Shown piece after piece: positions 39,709-51,048 of a DNA stretch of 64,000 bases (its first letter is position 1; the number at the start of each line of letters is the position of its first letter). The position numbers and the translations under genes were made by a program. Source of the stretch: a virus (taxonomy: Duplodnaviria; Caudoviricetes); the IMG/VR virus record IMGVR_UViG_3300001528_000360, positions 1 to 64,000 of that record; one strand, 5' to 3'. Under the pieces are notes generated by a model, which made no database searches, was not told the DNA's origin, and saw nothing but the letters and a program-made list of their open reading frames with translations.

Positions 39709-41661
39709 ATGTACGAGTATTTAGATACTGAAAACACTAGCAAAGTTATTGGTTCTTTTTCTCATGATAAAAATGCCGAGTTTAAGGATAGCGTGAAGCA
39801 CCTGTTTGAGAGCTTCCAGAGCTCTTATCAGATGGATGCTATTTCTGATATCTCGAAGATTCTGCGCGTCGACACTCTTAAGGAGGCTTATAAGAATGAG
39901 CTTCTTTCTGACGTTGCCGAGAGCCAGCTTAATGATGAATATTATGCTATGATGCCTGAGAAGCTTGAGCAGCTGTTTGAGAACTCTTCTCTGGAGATGC
40001 TCCAGGAGTCCGGTGTTGCCGCTCTTGCTCCTATCGTTGGTATTACTCTGCCTATCTTGAAGAAGTCCTACATTGAGGGTCATTCTAAGGATATCGTTAT
40101 GACTGAGGTTCCTAGCAAGCCCATTATCAAGGCTGCTTATGAGCGTCGTTTCCTGAAGGATGCCCAGGGTAACAAGCATTACATCCCTGACATTTTCTAT
40201 GATGATTCTTATAAGACCATCATGGCTATGGGTCGTGGTAAGGCTGTGTCTTCCAAATGGTATCCCGAGGGTTCTGAGAAGGTTCCTTTCCAGGATCTTG
40301 ACATTCTTGGCGAATCCGGTGGTTCTATTGCCCGTCGTGATTCTCTTGCTCTCGACTTCTGCATTAAGGCTGTTCAGATTGATGTTAACGGCACTCTTGT
40401 GAATGTTCCTGTTAACATTACTCCGAATCTTGCTGCTAATAGCTCCTTCACTGCTGAGGTTAAGGCCTCTAAGGATGGTACTACTGTTAAGGATCTGGTC
40501 ATTGGTCAGGTTGACTTCTATAATGGTACTGTTTCCGTTGGTTGCACTGGTGGTAAGGTTGCTAAGGTTCAGTTTGGCGGTCATCTGTCTAACGAGAACA
40601 ACAATGAGACCATTGAGCTCGATCGTGAGCGTGAGCTGATGGAGTGGAAGATTCCTGATGGTGTTCGCATCAACACGGGTCTCACTCTTGAAAAGATTAA
40701 GGATTACAAGGCTCTGTTTGATTTCGATATTACTACCGAGATCATTGCTGATATGTCTACCGTTCTCTCCCAGACTGAGGATAGCGATATTCTTGGCTTC
40801 CTGAACGATAGCTATGATACTTGGAAGACTCGCACTGAGCTGCCGTTTGGTTACAGTGATGGCTTCACTGCTGAGGGTTACTTCTCCTGCGAGCCTCCTG
40901 CCAATAAGTTCGTCACTCGTTCTCAGTGGATTGATAGCGAGCTTAAGTATGACCTCAACCGCTTCATTGATGAGCTGAAGGTCAAGCTCCGCAATCAGGA
41001 TCTGATGTTTGTGGTGTATGGTCATCCCAATGTCATCACTCTCATTCAGGATAACGTCCGCTGGGTCATCGACGAGGATACCAAGATTGGTGGCATCCAG
41101 CTCGATTATCGTTTTGGTGTTATGACTGCTAACAAGAATCGTATCCACGTTATCAGCACTATGAAGTGCCCGAAGAGCCGTGGTCTGCGTGTTGTTGCTT
41201 ATCCTCTCACTAAGGAAATCATTACGTTCAAGCACTATAAGTATAGTCTGAACATTGAGAACGCTTATCGTAACGCTCTCACTCCGCTTACTCCGAACGT
41301 CATGGGTACGTCTCGTTACATTACTACCGAGGTTCTGCCTGTTCAGGGTGAGTTCCATGTTATGGATAACCAGTTTGCTCTTAAGGATCCGACTGCTCCC
41401 GCTACTGCACAGGTTGCTACTCCTGTGATTAGCCTGGCTTCCGGTACTTATTCCGCTGCTCAGACTGTTACCGTTGATTGCGCTACTCCTGGCGTGAACA
41501 TCTATTATACCGTTGATGGTTCTGATCCTGTTGTCGGTACTTCTCCTCTGATGAATGCTTCCATTAGCATTGCTGCTACCTCCACTCTGAAGGTTATCGC
41601 TGCTAAGGCTGGTATGATCCAGAGCAATATCGTTACCGCTGAGTACACCATCAATCCGTAA
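39709..41661 (+). CDS. Major capsid protein with C-terminal Fn3-associated/CHB_HEX_C Ig-like domain
   Basis: Strongest codon bias in the window; position after protease/scaffold; acidic propeptide ending LQES; C-terminal VATPVISLASGTY...IYYTVDGSDP. Confidence 0.8.
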   Translation: MYEYLDTENTSKVIGSFSHDKNAEFKDSVKHLFESFQSSYQMDAISDISKILRVDTLKEAYKNELLSDVAESQLNDEYYAMMPEKLEQLFENSSLEMLQESGVAALAPIVGITLPILKKSYIEGHSKDIVMTEVPSKPIIKAAYERRFLKDAQGNKHYIPDIFYDDSYKTIMAMGRGKAVSSKWYPEGSEKVPFQDLDILGESGGSIARRDSLALDFCIKAVQIDVNGTLVNVPVNITPNLAANSSFTAEVKASKDGTTVKDLVIGQVDFYNGTVSVGCTGGKVAKVQFGGHLSNENNNETIELDRERELMEWKIPDGVRINTGLTLEKIKDYKALFDFDITTEIIADMSTVLSQTEDSDILGFLNDSYDTWKTRTELPFGYSDGFTAEGYFSCEPPANKFVTRSQWIDSELKYDLNRFIDELKVKLRNQDLMFVVYGHPNVITLIQDNVRWVIDEDTKIGGIQLDYRFGVMTANKNRIHVISTMKCPKSRGLRVVAYPLTKEIITFKHYKYSLNIENAYRNALTPLTPNVMGTSRYITTEVLPVQGEFHVMDNQFALKDPTAPATAQVATPVISLASGTYSAAQTVTVDCATPGVNIYYTVDGSDPVVGTSPLMNASISIAATSTLKVIAAKAGMIQSNIVTAEYTINP

Positions 41662-41695
41662 TTGATTACAATTACTAATTAATAATTAACTTTAT

Positions 41696-41727
41696 GCCCT
41701 AGTATCAGAAATGATACTAGGGCTTTT
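41696..41727 (+). terminator. Intrinsic terminator after the capsid gene
   Basis: gccctagtatca-gaaa-tgatactagggc + T run. Confidence 0.85.
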
Positions 41728-41820
41728 ATTTATAGTTTTCGTAAGTTTTCTCTAAAACACATTGAACTTTTATATAAGAAGTATTTCAAATGCATAATAT
41801 ATAAGGAAAGGTGTGTTATT

Positions 41821-43113
41821 ATGGAAGTTAAAAAGTCTGAAGACCTTTTATATATTGACAAGTGTTTTATGTCTATTAAAAATAAAGTCGCTGTTGCTGA
41901 AAATCTGAATAAGATTAGTTTAGCATTAAAGCGTATTTTTGATGTTAATTTCACTCTTAAAGTTGTTGATAATACCTCAAATACTTTCTTTGGTATGAAT
42001 ATCTATCCTACGGTTTCTACTATGGATATTATGGTTGATTCTATTATTAATAAGAAATCTTCCTTAAATGATATTCTTGCTATTTGGGAAAAGAATGAAG
42101 ATTGGTATGTTGAAATTGATAGTCTTCTTTTATATGATATTGGTTTAAATGCTAATCCTCCTGAGATTACTTCTGTTCTTCTTCATGAGATTGGTCATGT
42201 CGTTTATGCCAATACAATCCCCCAGAGATTACATAAGTTAATTCGTTTTAAAATTATGAAGTTAAATTATCAGATGAAACAGTTAATTTCTACTGAGAAG
42301 ATTCGTAAATTATTTAATATTGCTATCATTGAATCTTGTTCTTCTAAGAATTATGATTATATTGATAATGATGTTGAAAAAGTTGCTGATAGATTTGTTC
42401 TTCAGTATGGTTATGGTGAGGAATTAAATTCCTTTATTAATAAACTGATCAAGACTCAGGGTAATTCTATGGTCAATCGTAGTGATAGTGATATGGATAG
42501 AGACATTACTACTGTTGTGAATTGGACAGTTTTAAATATTAAGGAATTAGAGTTTAGAAAGAAATCTTTACGTCGGTCATTAAAGGTTGAGATCTTGAAA
42601 AATCCGAGTGAACTTTCTAAGAAAGTTATTCAGGATATTTATAATTCGTTCTTTGGTGAAGTTACTGACAAGTACAGATTACTGCTGTCTGAACAGGCTG
42701 GTTTATCAGAAGATACTTATAATGAGCTTCGTACTGACCAACTACTCGATGAGTTTGTTGCTAGAGTATTGACAGAAGCTTCTAATAATATTTTTGATAA
42801 GAAGGGTAAGTTAAAGAAGATTACTCAGAATGATATTGATATTCTTACTGTTGAAGCAGAAAGAATTGATACTATTGATGATAAGATTTATCTTTTAGAT
42901 AAATTATATTCTCAGATGGAATTAATTAATATGGGTCTTGATTATATTGAAAGTAATGAAAAGGGAATGAAAGAAAAAGTTCTTCAGTCTAAGAGTACAT
43001 TACTTAGTATGAAAGATCAGTTAAATGATCTTAGATCTCAAATTCTTGCTACTAAGATTATTGATCGCCAGATGGGTATTTGGCTTAAAATGCCCAAGGG
43101 ATATGAAGGGTAA
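41821..43113 (+). CDS. Putative virion protein with HExxH zincin motif
   Basis: LLHEIGH...E..AD.F...GYG. Confidence 0.55.
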   Translation: MEVKKSEDLLYIDKCFMSIKNKVAVAENLNKISLALKRIFDVNFTLKVVDNTSNTFFGMNIYPTVSTMDIMVDSIINKKSSLNDILAIWEKNEDWYVEIDSLLLYDIGLNANPPEITSVLLHEIGHVVYANTIPQRLHKLIRFKIMKLNYQMKQLISTEKIRKLFNIAIIESCSSKNYDYIDNDVEKVADRFVLQYGYGEELNSFINKLIKTQGNSMVNRSDSDMDRDITTVVNWTVLNIKELEFRKKSLRRSLKVEILKNPSELSKKVIQDIYNSFFGEVTDKYRLLLSEQAGLSEDTYNELRTDQLLDEFVARVLTEASNNIFDKKGKLKKITQNDIDILTVEAERIDTIDDKIYLLDKLYSQMELINMGLDYIESNEKGMKEKVLQSKSTLLSMKDQLNDLRSQILATKIIDRQMGIWLKMPKGYEG

Positions 43114-43259
43114 GTGACTGAGAAATCTCGACTACAGAGGATTTTTATAAAAAATAAATATATTGGACTATACAGGGTTTTCCTGTATAGTCCTTATTTT
43201 ATTATCATTTTAACAAAATTATAATCATAATATAAAAGAGGAAGGAGGAATTTCTCCTT

Positions 43260-46245
43260 ATGGGAAAATCATTTATTTATGATGTAAATACAGCAAATAT
43301 TTCTTTTGTACAAACTGCAGTAGACTTAAAGAAATTAGGGATTAAAAATAATATGTTCTTTTTAAAATTGTATGATCCATCATTAAAAGGAGTAGATCCG
43401 CATTCTCCTTTCCTTACTAATGATCAGATCATTAGAATTATTAATGAGTGTATTATTAATCCCTGGTATTATTTAAGAGAAGTTGCAAGAATTCCTGACC
43501 AGGGTAATGTAAAAGGTGTTCCTTATCTTTTAAATAGAGCTAACTTAGCAGCAACATGGTGTTTTCTAAATGGTATTGATCATTATGAAGTTATTCCTAG
43601 ACAGATTGGTAAAACTGAATCCACCATTGCTATAATCACATGGGCTTTCTTATTTGGAACAACGAACTCAGAAATGATGTTCTTAAATATTACAGCCGAT
43701 CGTGCCTATGCTAACCTAGCTAAAGTAAAAGATCAGAGAGCATTATTACCCCCATATTTACAGTTTAAAGTTGCATTTGATGATGAAGGAAAAGAAATTA
43801 AAGCTACAGATAATACAAAATCTTTAAAGAATGCAACTAATGGAAATTCAATTGTAACAAAACCTTCTGCTCGTGGTATTGAATCTGCTGAAAGAATTGG
43901 TCGTGGTTCTTCTCAGGTTATTCAGTATTATGATGAGTTTGAGTTTATTTCTTATATCAAAACTATTATGGAAGCCGCGGGTCAATTGGCTCTCATGTTT
44001 TTACAACATGATAACTCCTTTAATTGCTGGAAACTCTCGTTAGGTTATCAGTACTTATAGTAACATAAGTGACAATCTGATAAATAGAGACAATCAGCAG
44101 CCAAGCCTTATATGTCTTTATATAAGGAAGGTTCAACGACTATCGAAAAGGTACTATAAGAGAAATACTTATAGGAGTAACTGAGTAGAGTACACTTAAA
44201 TGTGGAAATGGGGAGCATTTTATATATGGTAATAGTATATAAGATGAAGATATAGTCTATATTCTATAGAGATATAGAATAATAAAATGCCGGCTTATAA
44301 TACTGCTGCAGAGAATGCTAAAAGAAATAATGCTATACATTGTCGTTAAAGTAAGCGACATATACATAGTAATATGTATTGGAAACTCTCTTAATTGCTG
44401 GAAAGTCTTTTTATAAGATAATCAGCAGCCAAGGCTCGAAAGAGTAAGGTTCAACGACTATTAAGTACACTCAAGTGGGTGGAAATGGAGAGCTCCTTAT
44501 TATTTAAGGATGAAGATATAGTCTGGTCTCTATAGTGATATAGAGCAGTTCTTAAATGAACGATATAAGATTAACGATCTTATATGAACGAGAAATACGA
44601 TCTTTACAAGCACGCCAGGTGACTTAGATTCACAGCCTGGTGAAGATGCATTACAAATTGTTGAAAAAACTTGCAAGTGGTCAGAAAGTCTTTACGATAA
44701 ACCTATTGAAGATGTTCTTGACTATATTGCAATGAACTCTGAAAATAATATAGTATATATTGAATATCAATATCAGCAACTTGGTAAAGATGAAACTTGG
44801 TTTAATAAAGTTTGTGCATTATTGAATAATAATAAGCTTAAAATTCAACGAGAAATATTCTTAAGACGTATGCATGGTAGCTCTCAGTCTCCTTATGATC
44901 CTGAAGATCTTGATGCTATTCAGGATAAAAAAGGAACGATTAAAGAAGAGCTATTTATTAATAGAATTTTTAAGCTTGATATTTATGAAACTCTTGTAAA
45001 AAATAGAATTTACTTTATTGGTGTTGACGTTTCAAATGGTTATGGTTTGGATAATTCAGCAGTTACAATTTTTGATCCTTATGCACTTAAAGTTGTTGCA
45101 GAATTTAAATCTCCGCATATTGGTGTAAAGGACTTAATCAAGTTCTTATATATCCTAGTTAGAAAATATCTACCTAATTCTATCTTAGCAATTGAGCGAA
45201 ATGCAAATGGTGAAGCAGTGCTTGATCATTTAAGAGATAGTGAAATTAGAGGAAACTTATACTTTGATAATTCTAAAGAAATTAATGTTGATGATAAGTT
45301 AGACGGACAAGGTTTTATTCGTAAGGAAGCCGCACGTAGACAATTATATGGTAAACAAATGCCTTATAATATAGTAATATATTATACAGATTTCTTTAAT
45401 TGCTGGAAAGTCTTTTATAAGATAATCAGCAGCCAAGACTCTTATATAAGAGTAAGGTTCAACGACTAGTCTTTATGACGTACACTCAAGTGAGTGGAAA
45501 TAAGAAATATCCTATATAGGATAAAGATATAGTCTCATCTCTATAGTGATATAGAGCAGTTCATAAAAGAACGATATAAGAGTAACGATCTTATATGAAG
45601 ATATTGATTTGGACAGGCGGTAAATCTCGTGAGATTATGTTCTCTCTGTTGGATGAATATGTAAAAGAACACAAAGATGCTTTTGTTGGTCATTATGTTA
45701 TTGATGACTTGATGAAACTTGTTCGTGTTAATTCTAAGATACAAGCTGTAACAGGACAGCATGATGATAATATTATGTCGTTCTTAATGTGCTTGTATTT
45801 ATATTATTATGGTAATAATCTTGCTCGTTATGGTTTTACTAGAGGATCTCTTCCTGATGAAGAAGATCAGAATAAAGGAATGGATTATGGTGAAATCGTT
45901 AATGCTTTATCTGATACTGATAAAGAATTCTTTGGAATTGATAGTAATACACCGATTGATCAACCATTAAACATTGATATGATGTCAATGATAAATAATG
46001 GAAGAGGATTGATTTCTAAAGAGGAATTAAGAAGTGGAATTAATGATAATTCTATGAAAAAAATAAGACAACCTACAATGGATGCTTATTCAGCAAAGGT
46101 TTATAATGAAATGATGCAAGCTCAGAGAGAATCTGAAGCATTTAATAATAGAGTCGGATTCACTAATGGATATAGAAATATGGATGAAAGTGGAGAAGAT
46201 GACTATAGTTATAATTTAGATGTTTTTGATGAGCTAAATAGTTAA
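43260..46245 (+). CDS. terL: Terminase large subunit; spliced join(43260..43982, 44290..44346, 44600..45352, 45607..46245), 723 aa
   Basis: Walker A PRQIGKT, Walker B YYDEF, coupling motif IFTSTPG, nuclease IGVDVSNG, IERN, HDD; three introns remove in frame. Confidence 0.92.
43983..44289 (+). mobile_element. Group I intron 1 of terL (307 nt, ORF-less)
   Basis: P/Q/R/S core motifs; GGT|caa 5' site with P1 GGGU|C : GGCUC; terminal G before CCG. Confidence 0.9.
44347..44599 (+). mobile_element. Group I intron 2 of terL (253 nt, ORF-less)
   Basis: P/Q/R/S motifs; P1 UGUCGU|U : AGCGACA; terminal G before ATC TTT ACA AGC ACG CCA. Confidence 0.93.
45353..45606 (+). mobile_element. Group I intron 3 of terL (254 nt, ORF-less)
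   Basis: P/Q/R/S motifs; P1 GGU|A : UGCC; terminal G before ATT TGG. Confidence 0.9.
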
Positions 46246-46247
46246 AA

Positions 46248-46279
46248 AAAGAGACTAGGGATAAAACCCTAGTCTCTTT
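46248..46279. terminator. Bidirectional terminator
   Basis: aaagagactaggg...ccctagtctcttt. Confidence 0.8.
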
Positions 46280-46290
46280 CTTATTTTTAT

Positions 46291-47535
46291 TTATGCAACG
46301 TGATCAATGGTATGCTCATAGTCCCTCATATAGATATAATAGGAACCATCATCTCGAAGTTCAATGACAAAATTATCTTCTGCCTGAGCATAATAATTAT
46401 CCTGTACAAACAGAGAAAACACTGCATAATTTCCATATATATGATAATCACCATGATAATAATTACCCTCATAATAAAACTCATTATCCGGAAGAGTAGT
46501 GAAACTATAAGTTGCAAGATAATCATCAGTAGGGACTGTATTGAAGTTACCCTCAAACTTAGAAGGATCAGTATCAGGAGTATTATTTGCCATATAAGTA
46601 TTCAAATACTTACAATACTTATTGATTTCATTAAAGTATGTAGAACTCAGCTTATTATAAATACGCTGATATTCATTGAGATTATTCTCATACTCAATGA
46701 CTTCATCACTGGTCAAAAGATCATATGCATCATAGCTCTGCTTGAATCCAGTATAAATGTTTTCAAATGCTCTAACTCCTTTTTCTCTAAGATAAGAATT
46801 GGAGTCAAGATATCCTTCCTGAACAATACTAGATGTATAGATTACAATTTCTTCAAATCCATTAATGGTGTCAATTTCAGCAAGATATGCATCAATAAAT
46901 CCACCTTCAGTAGTATTATGAATACGGGATTTGATATAAGGAGCTTCTACCATTTCATCACTTACAGAGATAATTCCATCAATACTATTGGACAGTTCAT
47001 AATAACGATCCAAGTCAGTATAATAAGTGTAGAGAGATTTAATGATATTGTAAGCTTTAACGGATTCATACTCAGCAGGGATATTAGCAAGAAGCTTATC
47101 CAGATATTCATACTTAGTGAGGATGTTTACAATATCATCAGAACTCCTGATATTTAAAACTTCATACTGATCCAGAGCAAGCTCTTTTACTACAGTCTTA
47201 TTAACTGCATCATAATAGTATTCCTTTACATCATTAGGAACCTTTTTAAAGAGCTTAGTCATCTGCTTGATATCATACTCTTCACAAGCAGTATCAATTT
47301 TCTCTTTGATCTTAGAATAATCCTTTTCATCAATAATGATGATTTCTTCTTCAGTATCTTCAATGATTGTTTCAGGTTCTTTATTTTCAGAATGACTAAC
47401 GACAGTATTGTTTGTATTATTAGATGCTTCGGTTGATTCGCCAGAATCAAAGAAACTGACAATGATACCTAAAAGCATCATGCCTCCCATAATGCAAAGG
47501 AAAATCTTCAAAAGTTTAGAGCCCTTCTTATTCAT
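46291..47535 (-). CDS. Membrane-anchored acidic protein
   Basis: Basic N-terminus + one TM helix, S/T/N/E linker, large acidic domain. Confidence 0.65.
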   Translation of the reverse strand: MNKKGSKLLKIFLCIMGGMMLLGIIVSFFDSGESTEASNNTNNTVVSHSENKEPETIIEDTEEEIIIIDEKDYSKIKEKIDTACEEYDIKQMTKLFKKVPNDVKEYYYDAVNKTVVKELALDQYEVLNIRSSDDIVNILTKYEYLDKLLANIPAEYESVKAYNIIKSLYTYYTDLDRYYELSNSIDGIISVSDEMVEAPYIKSRIHNTTEGGFIDAYLAEIDTINGFEEIVIYTSSIVQEGYLDSNSYLREKGVRAFENIYTGFKQSYDAYDLLTSDEVIEYENNLNEYQRIYNKLSSTYFNEINKYCKYLNTYMANNTPDTDPSKFEGNFNTVPTDDYLATYSFTTLPDNEFYYEGNYYHGDYHIYGNYAVFSLFVQDNYYAQAEDNFVIELRDDGSYYIYMRDYEHTIDHVA

Positions 47536-47610
47536 AATTGCAAATTCCTTTCTTTAAATTCAAAAAATTTTAAGGGGTAGGATGATCATTCATCCTACCC
47601 CTTATGTGTA

Positions 47611-48129
47611 TTACATCTTTACAGTATCTTCAGTCATATGTGCCTTAAATACATCATAAAACTCAAAGTATTTAAAATTTGTAATGCGATCACAAGTAAT
47701 TGCAAGCTGTTCACACATCTTAACAGCACTGTCCTTAATATTAATAATAAGATTATCCAGTGCACTCTGATATGCAATGTTATACTGATTATAGAGACGA
47801 CGACGAGCAATCTGCTTTCCACGTTCAACAGAAAACTCATTAGGATCATTAGGATCATACTTTGCAGTTGCTGTGAGTGTATCAGGAAGCATATACTTAC
47901 TACACGTTGTCATCGGGGACTCGATGATGGATGTAGTATCCGGGTTAAACTCACCATCCTCATCACGAAGCATCTCGACCATAACATCCTTGTCACTCAA
48001 GATCAAATTAAACTTCCGAAAACTCTTGAGCATTGTTTCAATTGCATCATACTTTACTCCGGAGACAGAAGCAGTTACAACCTTAGTCTCCTCATTCACC
48101 TGGTACTGAATCATGTTAGCAGTAAACAT
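47611..48129 (-). CDS. Hypothetical phage protein
   Basis: SD AAGGAG; ATAK...D.F..E.GK.IAR.R pattern. Confidence 0.6.
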   Translation of the reverse strand: MFTANMIQYQVNEETKVVTASVSGVKYDAIETMLKSFRKFNLILSDKDVMVEMLRDEDGEFNPDTTSIIESPMTTCSKYMLPDTLTATAKYDPNDPNEFSVERGKQIARRRLYNQYNIAYQSALDNLIINIKDSAVKMCEQLAITCDRITNFKYFEFYDVFKAHMTEDTVKM

Positions 48130-48182
48130 AACAATTATACTCCTTTATTTTTTTAGAAAATTTGATATTTATTATAAGGGAA

Positions 48183-48932
48183 TTAACCCTCATAATTTAA
48201 GTTAGTTGGCTTCTTCTGCCAAAAATGATATTTCCTTAGATCTGGTGTACATTTTGATGAATATGGATAGATCCAACGGATATAGATATTATAGAAACTT
48301 AGAGGAATTTTGAAACAATGACCAATGTCTTTTCCATAAAGAAAATGTCCATTTTCATCTCTTTCATAATCCATGATTTCAAGATATCTATCTTTTCTCA
48401 TATTTTTTACCCCATATCCAAAACAGATATGAGAAATTACAATATGATGATTCTTTGTATTGATCTTCTTTACCCAACGCTGCCAATCATATAAACCACC
48501 ACGAGCTTTACGTCTTTTTTCAGCTTCAATAGCAAGACGTTCCAACTCTTCTAATTGATAGATATGCAAACTTTTTTTCGGATCATTATCAATCTCATCT
48601 TTAGGCCAATACATGCAATGAGGTTTATAATCAGAACATGTTGGACATTTCAGATTGGGATCATAACGTTCATCATCACCTGAGAAAATTACAGTTCCGC
48701 ACTTTTTACACCGATACACAACATCAAGAGATATATGCTCACTGTAAACAACCTCAAAATCACAATTAAGCTTTTCTCTCATGAAAGATACATATGTATC
48801 AATATCACATAAAACTTCACCAGTTTCAGCAGAGATGATATTCTGTTCATCTTCACTTAAACCAAGTTCTAGTTTATCGCCTCTTTCTTTTGCAAGATTA
48901 AAGGCTTTGATAACATCATATCTACTGACCAT
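48183..48932 (-). CDS. Hypothetical protein with zinc ribbon
   Basis: CKKC...CPTC. Confidence 0.6.
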   Translation of the reverse strand: MVSRYDVIKAFNLAKERGDKLELGLSEDEQNIISAETGEVLCDIDTYVSFMREKLNCDFEVVYSEHISLDVVYRCKKCGTVIFSGDDERYDPNLKCPTCSDYKPHCMYWPKDEIDNDPKKSLHIYQLEELERLAIEAEKRRKARGGLYDWQRWVKKINTKNHHIVISHICFGYGVKNMRKDRYLEIMDYERDENGHFLYGKDIGHCFKIPLSFYNIYIRWIYPYSSKCTPDLRKYHFWQKKPTNLNYEG

Positions 48933-48934
48933 GT

Positions 48935-50064
48935 TTATCCTTTCTGATTAATAAAATCATTCAATTGATCACGCAAATATTTAGCCTGATCTTTTGTTAA
49001 TTCGATATTTCTACTCTGTTTGTTTAATCTACTCGGTTTATTTGATCCCTCATATGTAATTAACTCTATCCGAAATTTGTTGTTATTCTCATATGTACAG
49101 AGATCAGTACGAGAATTTTTCTCAATGATATGCTGATGTTTTGTCATGTTATTTTTTCTCCTTATCTTTATTCAGTTTTTCAAGTTCATCAGCAATTCGT
49201 TTTAATTGCTTAGGAACATCAATAAAGAAACTGATAAATTCTACTATGAAATACATCACGAAGGCAATAATAATGCCAACTAAGATTGAAGCCCAAACAC
49301 TATTCATTGTAAATCCTTTCTTACTCCAGAACTGCAAAATCCTGTTTCTCCAGGATCTCTTTTGTTGATCACACAATAATGACACTTAATATCCTCATCA
49401 CTATCTCTATCATATTGATCATATTCTATATAACTATCACAATCTTTACAATGTACAACATCATCATTTTGATCGTCATTGTATGGAGAAATAGTTGTTC
49501 TACCTATGATAAACCCGAAGATGATAGAGATAAAGGAAATTACAAAATAAATGATGAAATCTTTCATAGTTATTAACCTTTCATTTTATATGTAGTATCA
49601 AGTGGATCACTATCAATGGAAATGCATTTATCCGAATGATCAAAATGAAGATATCCTTCATTTACACCATTAAAATAAATTGTATAGTCCTTATACTCAG
49701 GATTAGATAAAATTGTTGCAAGTTGACCTGCAGTCATTTCTTTGGAGATATGAATTCGACTTCGTTTTTCAGGCATTGATAATTCCTCCTTTTAGTTATC
49801 GGATAAGAAACTCATAAGTTCACGGGTACTGAATACCCATGCATCATTCTTTTCTTTGTCATACCCAGCAAATTCAATGCCTCCACGGGTTTCAGAATAA
49901 TGCTTTTGATTTTCAGTCAACAGACCAAGATATTCAAGACAAACAGCAAGTTTGCCTGACATCGTTAGATATCTACCCCAATCTTCTACCTTCTCCCTTT
50001 CAATATTATTGTCTTTGCAAAAATGATCAACAATGAAATTTGCATACTGCTTTTTGGTCATCAT
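48935..50064 (-). other. Early operon of five small hypothetical genes (48935..49147, ~49149..49307, 49304..49567, 49573..49776, 49792..50064)
   Basis: Tightly packed ORFs with SD sites; early motif at 50119; two have N-terminal TM helices. Confidence 0.6.
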
Positions 50065-50248
50065 GATGTTTATCCTCCATATGTTATTAAAAATTTATTC
50101 TTTTGCTTTGTTACTATAATAATATATATCTAAAATCTTTAATAAAACGATTTTTATATTTTAATTATTGTATTAACATTTTTGTAATTTAATAGGAAAT
50201 TTTTGGGAGAGATTTAAATAGAAAAATAATGGAAGGTTGTGTTGTTAT

Positions 50249-51013
50249 ATGTCCTTGTTTTATGATAAAAATGAATATGAACTTGCTGGATCATCAGATA
50301 CAGAATCTTTATTGGCTGAAGTGCCATTTGATTTAATTAAGGAAAGTATTCTTGCACAAATTGATGATCCTGTTAATTCTTCTACAAACTATGTGGATGT
50401 TATTATTGATAAATGTGATCTTTATCGAGAAGAGTATAAAGATAATCCTGAACTTATTAATGAATTAAATGAAAAATTAACGGATTTCTTTGTATTCATT
50501 ATGGAAAATATTAATAATAAATTTGATTTAGGATTAGATGTAAATGATATTGCATCTTATTCTAATGCAATTGAAATTGGTGAAGCACTTTATAAATATT
50601 TTATTTTGAGATATACTAAGAATATTACACGATTTTTTACAAAGTATATCTTTAATAATAAGAAAGTTATTTGTGATTATTATACAGACTCTACAGTACA
50701 GAAGAAAGATGTATCAACTTTAGCATATAAGAAAAAGATTAAGAATTCGGAAGATCTTTGTATTATTACAAATCTTCCTTCTATTATCAAGTACATCATT
50801 AGTTTAGATATTTCTTCTATTGACTTTTTAGAGTTTAGTGCTGGATCTGATAATTATGACGCTAATATTGTTAAAGGACTTATTGGATCTGGTAGATTAA
50901 TTGGTGATTTCTTTGATTCTTATATTAAGCTTTGTGTTGATTCTCATGATTATATTCTTGATGATCTCCAAACTGATATTAGATTAAAGATCATGAAAAA
51001 GATTGAAAAGTAA
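50249..51013 (+). CDS. Late hypothetical protein
   Basis: Late motif at 50175. Confidence 0.6.
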   Translation: MSLFYDKNEYELAGSSDTESLLAEVPFDLIKESILAQIDDPVNSSTNYVDVIIDKCDLYREEYKDNPELINELNEKLTDFFVFIMENINNKFDLGLDVNDIASYSNAIEIGEALYKYFILRYTKNITRFFTKYIFNNKKVICDYYTDSTVQKKDVSTLAYKKKIKNSEDLCIITNLPSIIKYIISLDISSIDFLEFSAGSDNYDANIVKGLIGSGRLIGDFFDSYIKLCVDSHDYILDDLQTDIRLKIMKKIEK

Positions 51014-51048
51014 ATAAAAAAAATATTTTATTTGGAGGAGAAACAAAA

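Noticed and set aside
39721-41358. 545-aa antisense ORF within the capsid gene (also 14628..15431, 54059..54760, 46300..47157, 26921..27481)
   Set aside because: Shadow ORFs caused by sense-strand avoidance of TTA/CTA/TCA codons; no SD, promoter motif or recognisable domain
43983-44289. Homing endonuclease ORFs inside the introns
   Set aside because: All four introns are 245-307 nt, too short for such an ORF
43983-45606. terL as a frameshifted pseudogene or intein-containing gene
   Set aside because: Interruptions carry group I P/Q/R/S motifs and in-frame stops and splice out cleanly; no intein motifs
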